From: Callorhinchus milii | Lineage: Eukaryota | Length of the DNA: 64,000 bases | NCBI RefSeq assembly: GCF_018977255.1 | Contig: NW_024704743.1 | Location: 69,814,001 to 69,878,000 of the forward strand | Direction: 5' to 3' | In this document: positions 10,238 through 22,675 of the stretch, piece by piece | How positions within the stretch are numbered: the stretch's first letter is position 1 | Layout: the number at the start of each line of letters is the position of its first letter | The notes under the pieces: model-generated | What the model was told of the DNA's origin: nothing | What the model saw: the letters and a program-made list of their open reading frames with translations, nothing else | Databases searched by the model: none | Position numbers and translations under genes: made by a program

Positions 10238-11793
10238 TGCAACAACAACACGATTACATTTGTATAGTGCCTTTCACGTTGGGAGGAAGTCCCAAGGCAC
10301 TGGACAGAGTACAGCATTTCAGACCCAAGCTGGGGTTGGGGGGGGAAGGGAGGGGAGGGGAAGGGGGGTGGCTAATGGCATGGTCGAAGAGGAGGGTCTT
10401 GAGATGGGGCTTGAAGGAGGCTAAGGCGGGGGCGAGGCTGAGTGACTGGGTGATGGAATTCCAGAGTTTGGAGGCAGAGTGACTGAAGGCTCTCCTGCCA
10501 ATGGTGGGGCGGGTGGGTCGGGGGATGTGGAGCAGGCCAGAGCCGGCTGAGCGGAGGGAACGGGCGGGTTGGTAGGGGGTTAGGAGGTCACAGAGGTAGG
10601 GTGGGGCGAAGCCATGGAGAGCTTTGTATGTGAGGACTAGGATTTTGAATTGGATCCTCTGAAGGATAGGGAGCCAATGGAGTCGGGCGAGAATGGGGGA
10701 GTTGGGGTCATGGAGTTTGGTGCAGGAGAGGACACGGGCTGCAGAGTTCTGGATTATCCGCAGCCTGTGGAGGGAGGAGTTGGGAAGGCCGACAAGCAGG
10801 GCGTGTGCATAGTCGAGCCTGGAGGTGATGAAGGCATGAACAAGAGTTTCAGTGGCCTGAGGGGTGAGGTAGTGGTGGAGTTGGGCGATGTTACGGAGGT
10901 GAGGGAAGGCAGAGCGGATCATGGCTTGAATACGGGGGAGAAAGACAGTTGAGGGTCGAACAAGACACCGAGGTTCCTGACTGGCGGTGAGTTGTAGTGT
11001 GCAACCGTGGATGTTGATGTTGCCAGAACCTGAGGCGCTGGCGCGAGCCAATCAGGAGGGCCTCAGTCTTGTTCACATTCAACTGTAGGAAATTTGCTCT
11101 CATCCAGGACTTGATGTCCGACAGTCTGTCAGGACAGCAGTGGTCCTGGAGTTGAGGGTGGAGGCAGAAAGATAGAGTTGGGTATTGACCCCATGTCTGT
11201 GGATGATGTCATCAAGGGGGAGCATGTAGATATTAAAGAAGAGAGGGCCAACGACAGAGCCCTGGGGGACGCCAGATGTGACAGTGCAGGGTTGAAGGAG
11301 AAACCATTAGAGGCAATGTAGTAGCGACGGTGAGAGAGATAATAATAATAATAATAATAATCCTTGCATTTGATATAGCGCTTTTCACGTCGGGAGGACG
11401 TCCCAAAGCGCTTCACAGAACACACTGTAAAGTGAATTGACTGTATATTTGTGGGCAAACGCGGCAGCCAATTGCGCACAGCAATGTCCCACAAACAGTT
11501 GTAGATTGAAAATGACCAATTTTTATTATTGTTTTGGGCTTTGGAGGGATTATTATTAGGCGTGTGGAGTAAGGAAACTTGCCCAAGGTTTCGCCCTCTG
11601 CCTGGAATTGAACCAGGTCTCTCGCTTGCAAAGCGAGTGCTCTAACCACTGAGCTACAGGACTCCACAAAGGATAGGAATCAAACCAGGCAAGGGCAGAT
11701 CCATGAAGATTGAGTAGAGAGGAGGTGTATGAGGATGGAGTGGCCGACAGTGTTCAAGGCGGCAGAGAGGTCAAGGAGGACAAGGAGGCAGAG
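10238..11793 (-). mobile_element. L2 LINE RT fragment interrupted by a SINE
   Basis: [21 protein letters not shown] and LHWLP motifs; resumes after the SINE at 11668 with LLVLLDLSAALNTVGH. Confidence 0.9.
11341..11667 (-). mobile_element. Young full-length tRNA(Ala-like) Deu SINE, short variant
   Basis: A box TAGCTCAGTGG, anticodon-like TGC arm, B box GGTTCAATTCC, Deu core, perfect 3' stem, (TTA)n tail. Confidence 0.92.
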
Positions 11794-13974
11794 TTTTGCT
11801 TCCAATTTTCCTCTAATTCTTGTTTTATTACAATAAATCTCCTCCAATGCCAGTGCATACTTTTCCTTCTTAGAATTTAAAGAGTCTCTTATCAAAATTT
11901 CATTTGGAGACTGACAATTGACACCTTATTGCTGAAATGATGGTGCTTCCATAGTTGATATAACCTTTTTGGCAACTTTATGTTTGAAGAATGTTGTTTG
12001 GCGATTTCATGGATTGGACATGTAAGTGCTGAGATTCAATGCAAGATGTCAATAAAGAATTAATTGAGAATTGGAAGGGTTTAAATCTTTTGGACACTAT
12101 AGGATCCATTACTTGAATTTTGCTTTATTTACAGATCTCCAACAAGGATATACAGTAATAAGAGACCAGGCAATGTCAATTTGCAATGTGTTCATATGGT
12201 TCTTTATACGTTTATACTCACATGCGTTGAGTAGGTAAGCAAGTGTCTTGTGCCTGCGGCAGTACTTTGTATGAGAGGATTGAACGATACTGCTTTGGCT
12301 CTGTGAGTGTGAAGCCAGGCATTCGGATGGTGTGGTGTGACCAGCTCTTTAATAACAGTAAAAAGAACACTTGATTTTGGAGCTCTGGACATGTGCAGAA
12401 CTCTACTATTGAATGCCAATTTTTGACTACCTTTAGTTAATATGAAGAGCACGAAATGCGAATCATGCTTTCTGCTCTACAAACTTCTACTGCTGGAAAC
12501 AATGTTGCTTCACGTGCACTAGTATAAATAAAGCATTAATTCTTGACAAACATGAATAACCAGGAGTAAAACTGCCAGGAAGACAAAGCTGTGACACTGT
12601 TTCTTGAAGATAACTGGTGAAACTGCAGGATGTTGGTCTAACATTGCAATCTGCATTGTTCAGCCTTAACTGCTGGTGTCTCTCAGATGACATTTGCATC
12701 CTCTCAGCAGGGCTGGAAGTCTTATACCCCACTGTGTACTTATCATCCATGTCTGTGCCTATACTTATAATTTTCAGTCAGAGTTGACTCTAGTCTTTCA
12801 GCCAAGTCTTTTTTTTAAGAATAAGCAAACTGACTTTGATGAGCATCTATCTTTTATATCTAGTATTCTTGGGGGAAGGGAGAATGATCTTGTATATTTG
12901 AGTCCAAATTGAACTTGCCAAATTTATTCTGTCTGTAGTTCTGCAATCTCAGTTTCACTTTAAGGGGAAGTAAAGCCGGGAGGATATTTTGCTTGAAGTA
13001 CTGGAGTTATCAGTGAGTGCCTGGCATCCATGAAACCAAATCCATTTGAAAGGAAAGGAAATAAAAGATTCAAAGCTGGTAGAAAACTGGGAAAAATACA
13101 TTAAAGTTTCCTCCATTATGTTGTGCAGTGCAACTGTGGTAGGAAATGATGCTGTTGGACTAAACTGGGTATAGAGTTATTAATGCCTTTAGTTTTTTAT
13201 TGTTGTTTATTTCTCAACAATTTGCTCCCCTCCTTTTCCTTTCCTAAAGCAGGTTTATTTTTCTATCTTTCAAGGAATTGAGTGCCTGAGTAACATGAAA
13301 CCATTGGGCACCTGGAAGAATGTTAAAGTACTATGGAATGTGAAAAGGGACCTGCAAAGGAGCTGTTGATCTGTTAGTAAATGTACAGTTTAAAATAAAG
13401 AAGCATTGCAACTTATTTTTACAATATCGTTGACCTAGTTTTTGACAATCTGTACTGATTTTATCTACACCTGAGAATCACTTGTGGGGAGTGTACTGCA
13501 TTACCAATTGAGGGGCAAGGAAGTTCATATACATGAGAGGACTACTCAAGACATGTGTACTGGTGGTGTTCTAGTTCATGCTGCAATGGTACCAGATGCA
13601 ATGTTATCTGGTTTAGATGGAATAAATTATTTACGTGAGATAATGGAAATTTATTTTGCACTTTGAAGGTAGGTCACTTGCATTTAGCTGGTAATAGATC
13701 AACAAAAAAATAGTTGACAAGATGGCAGCAAACCATAACCTGAGAACTGGAGATTTTTAGGAGCACGCCCCTTAAATGCTGCTTGACACTTTGGGATGAT
13801 TGGTAAACATTTTATTTCAATGATTTATCACAGGACACCCCCTGAGATCAATGTATTGCAAGGTGCATACAATACACAGTCTGGCTGTTGAATCATTGTT
13901 AATGTGATTCAGTTTACCGTGTTTTTCGCAGAAATTGTGTTTTCCAAAAATACCCCAAAAAATCACTGGAATTT

Positions 13975-14247
13975 CCTGCACACACCTCTCCTTCCACTCC
14001 CTCTTCGAATCCCTCCAGTCCGGTTTCCGCCCTGCCCACAGTGCAGAGACTGCGCTTGTGAAAGTCACAGACAACAACCTTTCTATCTGTGACCGGGGCT
14101 CCCTCTACTTCCTTGTCCTCCTGGACCTCTCCGCCGCGTTCGACACAGTTGACCATGCCATCCTCCTCCACCGCCTTTCCTCCGTCATCCACCTCAGTGG
14201 GACCGCACTCGCCTGGTTCGAGTCCTACCTCACAAACCGCCAGCAGT
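13975..14247 (+). mobile_element. L2 RT internal fragment
   Basis: QSGFRPAHSAETALVKVTD..LLDLSAAFDTVDH..WFESYL. Confidence 0.92.
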
Positions 14248-14297
14248 AAATCTGCACAAACAGCTTCTCCACCCACTGTTGAGGTTGAAAAATTGAA

Positions 14298-14400
14298 CAG
14301 CAACTTGGATTTATATAGCGCCCTCCACATCGGACGGCGTCTCAGAGCGCTTCATAGTAACGGATCCGAGCCAGGGGGAGGAAGGTGACCAAAGGTGACC
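14298..14400 (-). mobile_element. L2 3' tail of a second subfamily
   Basis: caacttggatttatatagcgccctc..cagagcgct; similar to 59511-59600 and 30700-30790. Confidence 0.7.
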
Positions 14401-14672
14401 ACAGAACCCCTGTATGTCATGCCGACTCACAAGAACTCTGCTTTAATCCCTGGAAGTGTGATGTACATAGAATTCCCTGGAGGAGAAGGTACTTTACTCC
14501 TCAAATGCCTTCTCTAGCTATTGATACACCATTAATTTTCATGACAATAAGTGTTTCTTGAACCCCAGTGTCCTTTCACCTTGACAGTAGATATATAACC
14601 TTAGCTGACCGATGAGATGTAACATTCTTTGTAAGATTCCTATGTGAAATGAATTTGAGTAATATCAATCTA

Positions 14673-15127
14673 GCTGTCAGCCTGGTTGTTTAGTTGGTAG
14701 CACTCTCATCTTTGAGTCAGCATGTTGTAACTTCAAGCTCATGTCAGGATTTTATGAACAAAATCTAGCACAAAATGAAGCACTGCATGGTCAGAAGTTC
14801 CGACTGCCTGTTCAGATTAAAGATCCCATGGCACTATTCAAAAGGGAGTTTCTTCTGGTGTCCTGGTCAATAATCCCCCAGATTAAATTAGTCATTCACT
14901 TCATTGACTGTTTTTGGTACATTACTGTATATAAATTAGCTGCTGTGTTCACGTATACAATACACAGTAGTCATTCACTTCATTGACTGTTTTTGGTACA
15001 TTACTGTATATAAATTAGCTGCTGTGTTCACGTATACAATACACAGTCACTATACTTTATTGTAAATTCTGACAGACATTTTGAAGACATGGTAAGGCGC
15101 TACGTCAAATGTAAGGATTATTATTAT
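14673..15127 (+). mobile_element. Older SacSINE1/LmeSINE1-like Deu SINE
   Basis: gttggtagcactctc..gagtcag head, taaagatcccatggcactatt segment, Deu core, (TTA)n tail. Confidence 0.75.
14889..15047 (+). repeat. Perfect tandem duplication, 79-bp unit x2
   Basis: tagtcattcac...tacacag begins at 14889 and again at 14968. Confidence 0.95.
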
Positions 15128-15729
15128 CTAATTCCTGTTTGAGGTGGGCCCACAGCACAACATTTCCATGTCCTGGCAATCTTTGAAGGGATGATTCCGT
15201 TCTGTTCACTACATTTAGAAAATGTTTTAATTTGTACATTATTATAAATGCATAGCTAAAGATTTGCCACACTTAGTGAATAAAACCAAATAAGCCCCTT
15301 AGAAGGTTCCTAGATTGGACATTAATGTATGAAGTGGAAACATTACACTTGTGCAGTATAAAATGCTCTTCTGGGATTGAGGCTTAGCTACATTGTTGAA
15401 GTAGTTTCGAGGGAGCTTTTCTCTCTAACTGCCTGTACCATAGCTGACAAAGCAGTGCTGCCTGTCAAAACTGGAAACGTTATACACTCCCAGCATGGAA
15501 ATTTGGTCTCTAATAAAATGTAAATGAAACTTGGCACTTCTGACAATGAAAAATGCTTAACATTTCAGAAAATATTATCTGTAGATGGGTTATTAATCAA
15601 GTGCTAAAAATATTTTTAAAAGTATTAGTATAAAATGTTATTGCTTGAAATAAGATTTTTTTTTAAAAAAGGTCTTCCACACATTCTTGTTTCTGATTTA
15701 TATGATTGGTAGAAAAATACAGTACTTGT

Positions 15730-16161
15730 GTCAGCTTAATTAATTAGTAGCACTCTCCCCTCCAAGTCTGATGGTTGTGGGTTCAAACCCCACATTGGGA
15801 CTTGGACACAGATTAGACACAGTCTAATCTGACACTCCAGTGCAGTGTTGAGCGTGTGTTTCATTGTCAGAGGTGATGTCCTTCAGATGAGATGTTAAAC
15901 TGAGGTCACGTCTATCTTTCTAGGTGGACATTAAAGGTGCTATTCGAAAAGAGAAGGGAGTTTCTCAGGGGGGCCAAAAATCCTCCAAATAAAATTGGTC
16001 ACACACTGGCTGTTTGTGGAACATTGCTGTGCACAATTGGCTGCTGCATTTCACCCACAAAATATACAGTCAAAACCACTTTAGAGTATATCATGTGAAG
16101 CACCTTATTACGTCTCAACGACATAATAAGGTGCAATTTCAAAAGCAAGGATTATTGTTAT
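15730..16161 (+). mobile_element. SacSINE1-like Deu SINE
   Basis: ggttgtgggttcaaaccccac B box, ctgacactccagtgcagt, gatgagatgttaaac, Deu core, tail. Confidence 0.8.
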
Positions 16162-16487
16162 TTTTAATGAAGAGTTTAAACATTAAGAAGTGAAGTAACA
16201 TTGGCAAAAGTGCAAATAAAAAAGTGCCTCAAGTCAAATAAATTGCTTTAGAAATGGACAGAATGAAAAAAGCACCCAGAGTAAGGTGGCAAATGGTAAA
16301 AGTCTCTGTTAACATATGCTTAGAATTTGTGCTTAATAGTGGGGAAAGATGCCACCTTTCTTGAAAAATCAATGCAGAAATTTGGAAGTATTTTATTTTT
16401 TTCTTCTCTTGGAAGTAGTTTATTTTTTATGTAGCACTGTAAAAATTGATCTTAACTTATTTGGCATTTTTAAATATTTGAAATTTA

Positions 16488-16830
16488 TAATAATAATAAT
16501 CTTTGCATTTGATATAGCGCCTTTCACGTCAGGAGGACGTCCCAAAGCGCTTCACAGAACACACTGTAAAGTGAATTGACTGTATATTTGTGGGCAAATG
16601 CAGCAGCCAAGTGCGCACAGCAATGTCCCACAAACAGTCGTAGATTGAAAATGACCAATTTATTATTGTTTTTGGTTTTGGAGGGATTATTATTAGGCTC
16701 TGTGTGGAGTAAGGAAACTTGCCCAAGGTTTCGCCCTCTGCCTGGAATTCAACTCAGGTCTCTCGCTTGCAAAGCGAGTGCTCTACGGAAACTTGCCCAA
16801 GGTTTCGCCCTGCCTGGAATTGAACTCAGG
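16488..16830 (-). mobile_element. Young Deu SINE, short variant, with a duplicated head segment
   Basis: Very similar to 11341-11645; 16713-16758 recurs at 16787-16830. Confidence 0.9.
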
Positions 16831-17089
16831 ATTGCTATAAACTAAGATAATGCAAAATATTATACTGTAAAGGAAAAAAAATCACTAAAGCCAAATGTGC
16901 AATAAAGCTCTTATCTGTTACAAACATCAAAGGATGGAGAAATAATTGATGAGCAGATGTAACTGTTTACCCTCCGCCAGCAATTCTCTCCTCTTCTTCT
17001 CTCGTCTTTTTGTGGAGGTGCTGATTCTTCACAAGATCACAAGAGAGGATCCACTCTCCCATTACAGCATTATGCAACTTTTTAAATGA

Positions 17090-17700
17090 GTTCATGAACT
17101 GCCTCAAACCACCGTGCCTGGTAATCCATTCCAATCATTAATTACCCCCTGTGTAATTAAATATTTACAGGTGTCTATCCTGAAGTTGCCCTTTGCAAAC
17201 CTGAACCTGCGCCCTCTTGTTCTGCGGCCTTGCCATATTTGAAAATATTGCACAAGATTTACTTTCTCAAACCCATTGTGAATCTTAAAAAACATCTCTC
17301 TGAGACATCGCTTTGCAAGAGTGAACAGTTCTACCTTATCCAATCATTCCACAAAGCTCATTCCTCTAAGACTGGGGATCACCCTCGGTCTTCATGTCCG
17401 CACTGCATTATGATCTAGGCCAGTGTTGGCCAACCTTTATGGTTGGTGAACAAAATTTTTGGGGATTGAATATTTCTTGAATTATGCTGTAAAACTGAAA
17501 ACCCACTACTAATCACTTACCTGGACTTGTGCGAATGTTTGGGGAGGGGATGCTTCTTGATGGACCTCACGGGCCACTTCCAGCCCACTGGCTACAGGTT
17601 GGCCACCACTGCTCTAGGCAATCCTGCTGTGTCCAACTATCAGAACTATACATAATATTACAGGTATGACTTGTTTCACAGAGCTTGGCATCAGCTTGCA
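17090..17700 (-). mobile_element. Old CR1 3' fragment interrupted by a hAT MITE
   Basis: ORF 17104-17343 has RTRGRRFRF..FRID..TQGVINDWNGLP, typical of the CR1 ORF2 end. Confidence 0.75.
17421..17611. mobile_element. hAT-Charlie-type MITE, 191 bp
   Basis: TIRs CAGTGTTGGCCAACCT / AGGTTGGCCACCACTG (15/16); 8-bp TSD atctaggc / ctctaggc. Confidence 0.88.
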
Positions 17701-17769
17701 CAATATCTTGTACTTGACCTTTCTTCATTTCTGAGCCTGAATAATGAGTGCTAATGAGGTACGAAATCT

Positions 17770-18040
17770 TAGTTCAGCAGGCAACCCCAAACCACATTTT
17801 TCCCCAACTTGTTCTCACCCAATCTCCCCATATGCACACTTAGTCGCCGGAGAGCATTTTGGAGTTAGATCCCTGGAATTTTCTGTAGTCCTTCCCTTAG
17901 CAAGTGTGCTGAAGCAAATTACAGCAGCTATCTGCTGTCCTGCTGAGATAAGCTAACTGAGCACATAACGGGAAATGAAACCTATGACCTTTTTATGGCT
18001 GTGCCTGAGTCGTGCCTTTACCCATGAATTCATCAGAGGA
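17770..18040 (-). mobile_element. Ancient AmnSINE2-like SINE
   Basis: Minus strand reads ggtcataggtttcatttcccgttatgtgctcagttagcttatctcagc, matching the recalled consensus. Confidence 0.5.
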
Positions 18041-19591
18041 GTACATATAATTGTCTACTGAATGGCACACTTCACTTTCTTGTTAAGATGGTGCAGTGAA
18101 TTTCAAACTCTATCCTCCTTTCATTCATCTGTGAATATTTATTTAAGCGTGAATCTACATATCAAGCACTGTGCCAACTGAGACAATGATTTGCAAATAA
18201 TGGGATTGCATTGTGCAACAACTTGATTTTGATGAATTCAGATTTGGTGGCCTCAAAATGCGTCTTATGAATTGAATGAAATGTAACCATTTCTGTTAGA
18301 ATGCTGTATGCATTTATTCCGTAAATCTGTCAAATTGGTTGATCTTTGCTTTTGTTTGGCAGTGCACAATATACATCCATCAGTCACAGTATCAAATATC
18401 ACAATGAAGTGGCAAAATAACTTCCCCATTTTTAAAATAAATTCAACGTAGTCTAACTTTGTAGTATATTTTACAGTCCATCGCAAACCTTAATGTTTAT
18501 ATGCAAAGAGTAGCTTCAATCATTATTTTTTAATGACTAGAGTCTGACTCCATGATAACATGATGTTTTGCGTTCATAAAATTAGATCCTTGTTATAACA
18601 GAATTAAAAAATGAAAGAGTCATCAGGTTGCCATTGCTAAACCAGTTTCCTGTTTGTTTACGCAGAAAATTCAGTGCTGTAAGCCGGAAATGTACCGTAC
18701 TTCCAGTATAGTGCAGATCCACTTCTTACCAGTGCTGTAAACTGACTCGTAATGAGTCATGTTATAATCAGGTTGGACTGTATATTGGACTGTGTAATGC
18801 AGTTACACTATCAGAAGTGGAAACCTTCCTTCCCTGCTTATAATCAAACATGTGTCACACAATGTGATTGACATAATACGTTAACAATACATGTTTGTAG
18901 TTTTAATGAATATAAAATAGTGATACAATGCACAGCTATTGGCTGGTTTAATTGTACTCAAATATTTTAAATCTTATCTGTATTAATAATATGAAGGTTG
19001 GTCCATTTTTTTACGTTAAAAAAACCCCTCAAGAATAAAAATGAGTGATAGATTCAATGCGTTTAACTTGAGTCAATTGATCTCCATTCATGTTCATTGT
19101 TTTTACTCATATTGCATATACAGGATCTCAAAAGATCAGCCTGAGCTCTCGTGAACTGTCAAATTCAGAGCACTTGCCAAGCTTCGTGATTAGGAATTCC
19201 TGCCCTAGATTCGAGCGCAATGGGTGGGCATGCTGTTCTTTTGAACTCATTCTGCACGGTGTTCAAATGTTAAATATTGTGTGGTGTCCTTAGAAATCAC
19301 TGCAGATAAATGTAACTTTTTAGAAATGTTGATGAAACTGGAACTTAGCTTCCAGTCGCTTTGAATTTGCCTGATTCAGTAAAGCGATTTGTCAATAAAA
19401 GTAAAATAACCTCCCCTTACCCCATCTTTCCTTGTATGGTGCTGACTGAAGTCTCCTGCAGTTCACAGACCTGCCCAATTTGTTTCTTTTACAGTGCATG
19501 CTTTTTTTGAAAAAAAATTATCTTTCCCTTTCTTAATGTCTTCCTGCAACACGTGCCATTCACATGAAGATACACAGATGATCTCTTGTTT

Positions 19592-19899
19592 TCCTGTAGC
19601 TCAGTGGTTAGAGCACTGGTTTCACAAGGAGAGACCTGGGTTTGATTCCTGGGAAGGGCGAAACATTGGGTAAGTTTCCTTACTTCACTCGCCTCTGTTT
19701 ACCTAGGAGTAAGTAGGAACCTGGTTGTTAGTCGATTGGCAGATCGCTTTTCTGCGGGTAATAATTCCTTCAACAAAAAAAATTGGTTACTCATTCCACG
19801 ATTGTTTGTAGGACACTGTTGTGTGCAATTGGCTGCCGTGTTTCGCCCACAAAATATACAGTCAATTCAGTTTACAGTATATTCTGTAAAGCGTTAGGG
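19592..19899 (+). mobile_element. tRNA-derived Deu SINE, long variant, tail truncated
   Basis: cctgtagctcagtggttagagcact head, B box, Deu core. Confidence 0.85.
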
Positions 19900-22585
19900 T
19901 TCTGAATCCGAATCTGCTGAGGAAGTTACCTGGTGTAGAAGATTGCAAAGTTTCAATATGAATAACACTCAACTGACAAGTTCTGGTATCTGTTAGATCA
20001 GATTCAACTCTGAGAGGGTACTGGTGACCATTATCTTTTCAAACTGGGCATATAGCCTAGATCCTTCAAGGAACTGTATGTATGACTACTGCATGTAGCA
20101 GTGAAGGATTTGCTTTGATGAAGTAAGCAGATATTTTTTTGTTTGTTTCCATTTAAAACAGTGATAATGCCTGAAGGTTTCTTTTGTTAAAAAGAAAAGG
20201 TTTGCCAGTTTTCATTGTCGATTATTATTCCTCTCTATTCCTCTCTCATTGGCATTTTCCTCTCTATTCTCAGAAGGTTTATTGAATCATGATACTGCAG
20301 TGTTAAGCCACAGCATTCTGTTGTTTAAACGTTTTTCAATTGGTAGAGAGGTAATCTAATTTTCCAATTAAGAATTTGCTGTAAGATACATTTCTCTATG
20401 TAAAAGACTTGAAAAATGCTGTCATAGCTTTTCAATATGGACTTGCACAGCAAATAATTAAAAAGGTTGCAACTTTGGTTGTGTAATTCACTTAATCAGC
20501 AGCCTCTCTGTATCTAATAGTTGACGATAGGTTCCTTCTGATAGCAAAACATCCATCTGGTTGATTTAGATTGAGGATGATCAGTAGATAGATTACAGCA
20601 TGGTTATAACTTCTCTGCTATCAGAGTGTCCATGTCAGTGCAGTATAGAATGCACATTACTCTGTATTTGCAGATTTCAATGTTTTTTCTAAAGGACAAA
20701 ATAATAGTTAAAGCTACATTCCTTGAATTACAAATCTACAATTGCCATCTGAGTAGACTATTAGGTTTATTTGCAACTTAAAATTTTGTACGTGTAGCCT
20801 AGAAATACAATTATATAGTTGACTGTCTTTGATTTCAATCTGGAATCTATATCAATTTCCAGTAAGCATTAATTGACAAACATAGATTGATATTCTTCTG
20901 AATTGAACAATACCATACTTGCATTTGATATAGGGTCATATCATTGTTGAAACATCCCAGAATGGTTCACAAAATGAGTTCCATTCAATAAGGACCCTCT
21001 GTTGTCTTTCACAATGAGGACGAGTTTCAAACTTTGATGCAGCAGCTGGAGGTGCTGAAGTGACTAACTTATCTAAGAGTAAAGTGTAATTCGCAAATTA
21101 TATAATTTACCCTCCCCACCGTCACCCTGCCACTGTGAAGAACTTTTGAGAAATTGGAGTTCCTTTTCTTGGAATGTGACTTCACACCTTTCTGTGCATT
21201 GGGTTGACAGTGGCAAAAGCAAGTAAGAAAAAAGAAAATAAACATTCTTGTAGTGTTCTTTGTCATGTTAAAACATCTCAAATGTTATAGGTTATTATTG
21301 TTAAGTGTCGTAATTTTATTATAGGCAAGTATGAGGGCCATTTCTTCCAACAAGGACTGAATAGTGATGAGATGAATGACCAGTTAATAATAGAGAATTG
21401 TTGACCTGGACACCAGGAAGAATGAATTTGTCTTTTGAAATAGTGTCAAGGTATCTTTAATGCACACTTGAACCAGCAAATGGTTAAATGTCTTGTTTGA
21501 AAGATGGCATTTCTGACAATGCAGCTCTCTCCTGGTGTACTGCCCTGTCATGTCAATCTGGACTATGAGCTCTGATCCTGATGTGGCTCAAGATCAAACT
21601 GACACTATACTGTATGGAGGCTGCTTAGTCTTGGGATCTTTGCAATTCTATGGACCTCCTTATGAGAGTGATATTGTCCCTTCTTTCTTTTTGTAAAAGA
21701 AGGAACCTTTCCCCTCTCCTTCCACCATCAGTGTCACCTAATGGAAACTTGCATTGGAGGTTGGATAATTCTCCTTATTTTGGCGAAAATCAGGTCATAT
21801 TGTGTGATAGCTACATATACCTTCATAATCTTTGGCAAAATGTCCATTAGTGTGCATCTTAATTACAGGTGGTTAGAGGGGTTGAACCGTGTAGTTCACA
21901 AGTCCATCCATACCACCTTACTGCTCTTTTGTCTGCTCAGTCGAAAGATCATTGTCCCCAGTATGAGCTGATGCATCCCAGGTTAACCTGAAATTCGACT
22001 GGCTATTTTTTAAAAAACTGATTCCAATACTTTTATAACCATGAAGCAGATATAATGGGATGCTGCCACGGTCCCTAATAAGCAAGAGCTGGAGTGAGAT
22101 TCTGGTTAGCACATGGAATAAAGAGCTGTATTGATTCTGCAAATGAATATGGCAGAGAGGGCAGCAAATAGCAATGTCAGTGCTGCTATTAGTAAAACCT
22201 GGATTTGTCTCATACCTTCTTGTTAATGAGCATTTAAAACTTCAACTGGGCACTGTGCCTGGGCTATAGAGATGCCAACACCATCACGGATGAATAAGTG
22301 GTTTATTTGTGTGTGTTTTAAGAAAGTACCAGAGTTGCATTCGAAGCCCAGTGTTTAGTTAACTAATTGTGATGTAAAGTTCCTAAAACATTTACTTTGA
22401 AAAGGCTATCATTCTTAACTGTAATTGAAATAACATTGCCCTCCAGAAACAAAACAGGATTTGTTATGCTCTCTTCTCTTGCAACTGGTTTATTTTTATA
22501 TATTGCCTGCTCAGGTGGCTAGTTTCACCTAACCACTGTCAAACAAGCTAGTTATCTCATACTGTATGTTTCCCTGCATATGAAA

Positions 22586-22675
22586 GCTCACAGCATTGAG
22601 AATAAAGTCGGGGAACCAGAGGCGGTAATTAAAATGGAAAGATATGATGTCATAGCTTTGACAGAGACTTGGCTT
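22586..22675 (+). mobile_element. Isolated CR1-type AP-endonuclease N-terminal fragment
   Basis: Translates AHSIENKVGEPEAVIKMERYDVIALTETWL. Confidence 0.75.

Larger units (their letters stand above)
14560..15515 (+). mobile_element. Ancient LF-SINE-like element split by a younger SINE
   Basis: cctttcacct, cctatgtgaaatgaattt, gggcccacagcac and gggattgaggc..cattg..gagggagcttt resemble the recalled LF-SINE consensus, in order. Confidence 0.45.

Noticed and set aside
11590..11667. tRNA-Ala-like gene
   Set aside because: It is a SINE head: no proper acceptor stem, and it continues into the Deu core and tail.
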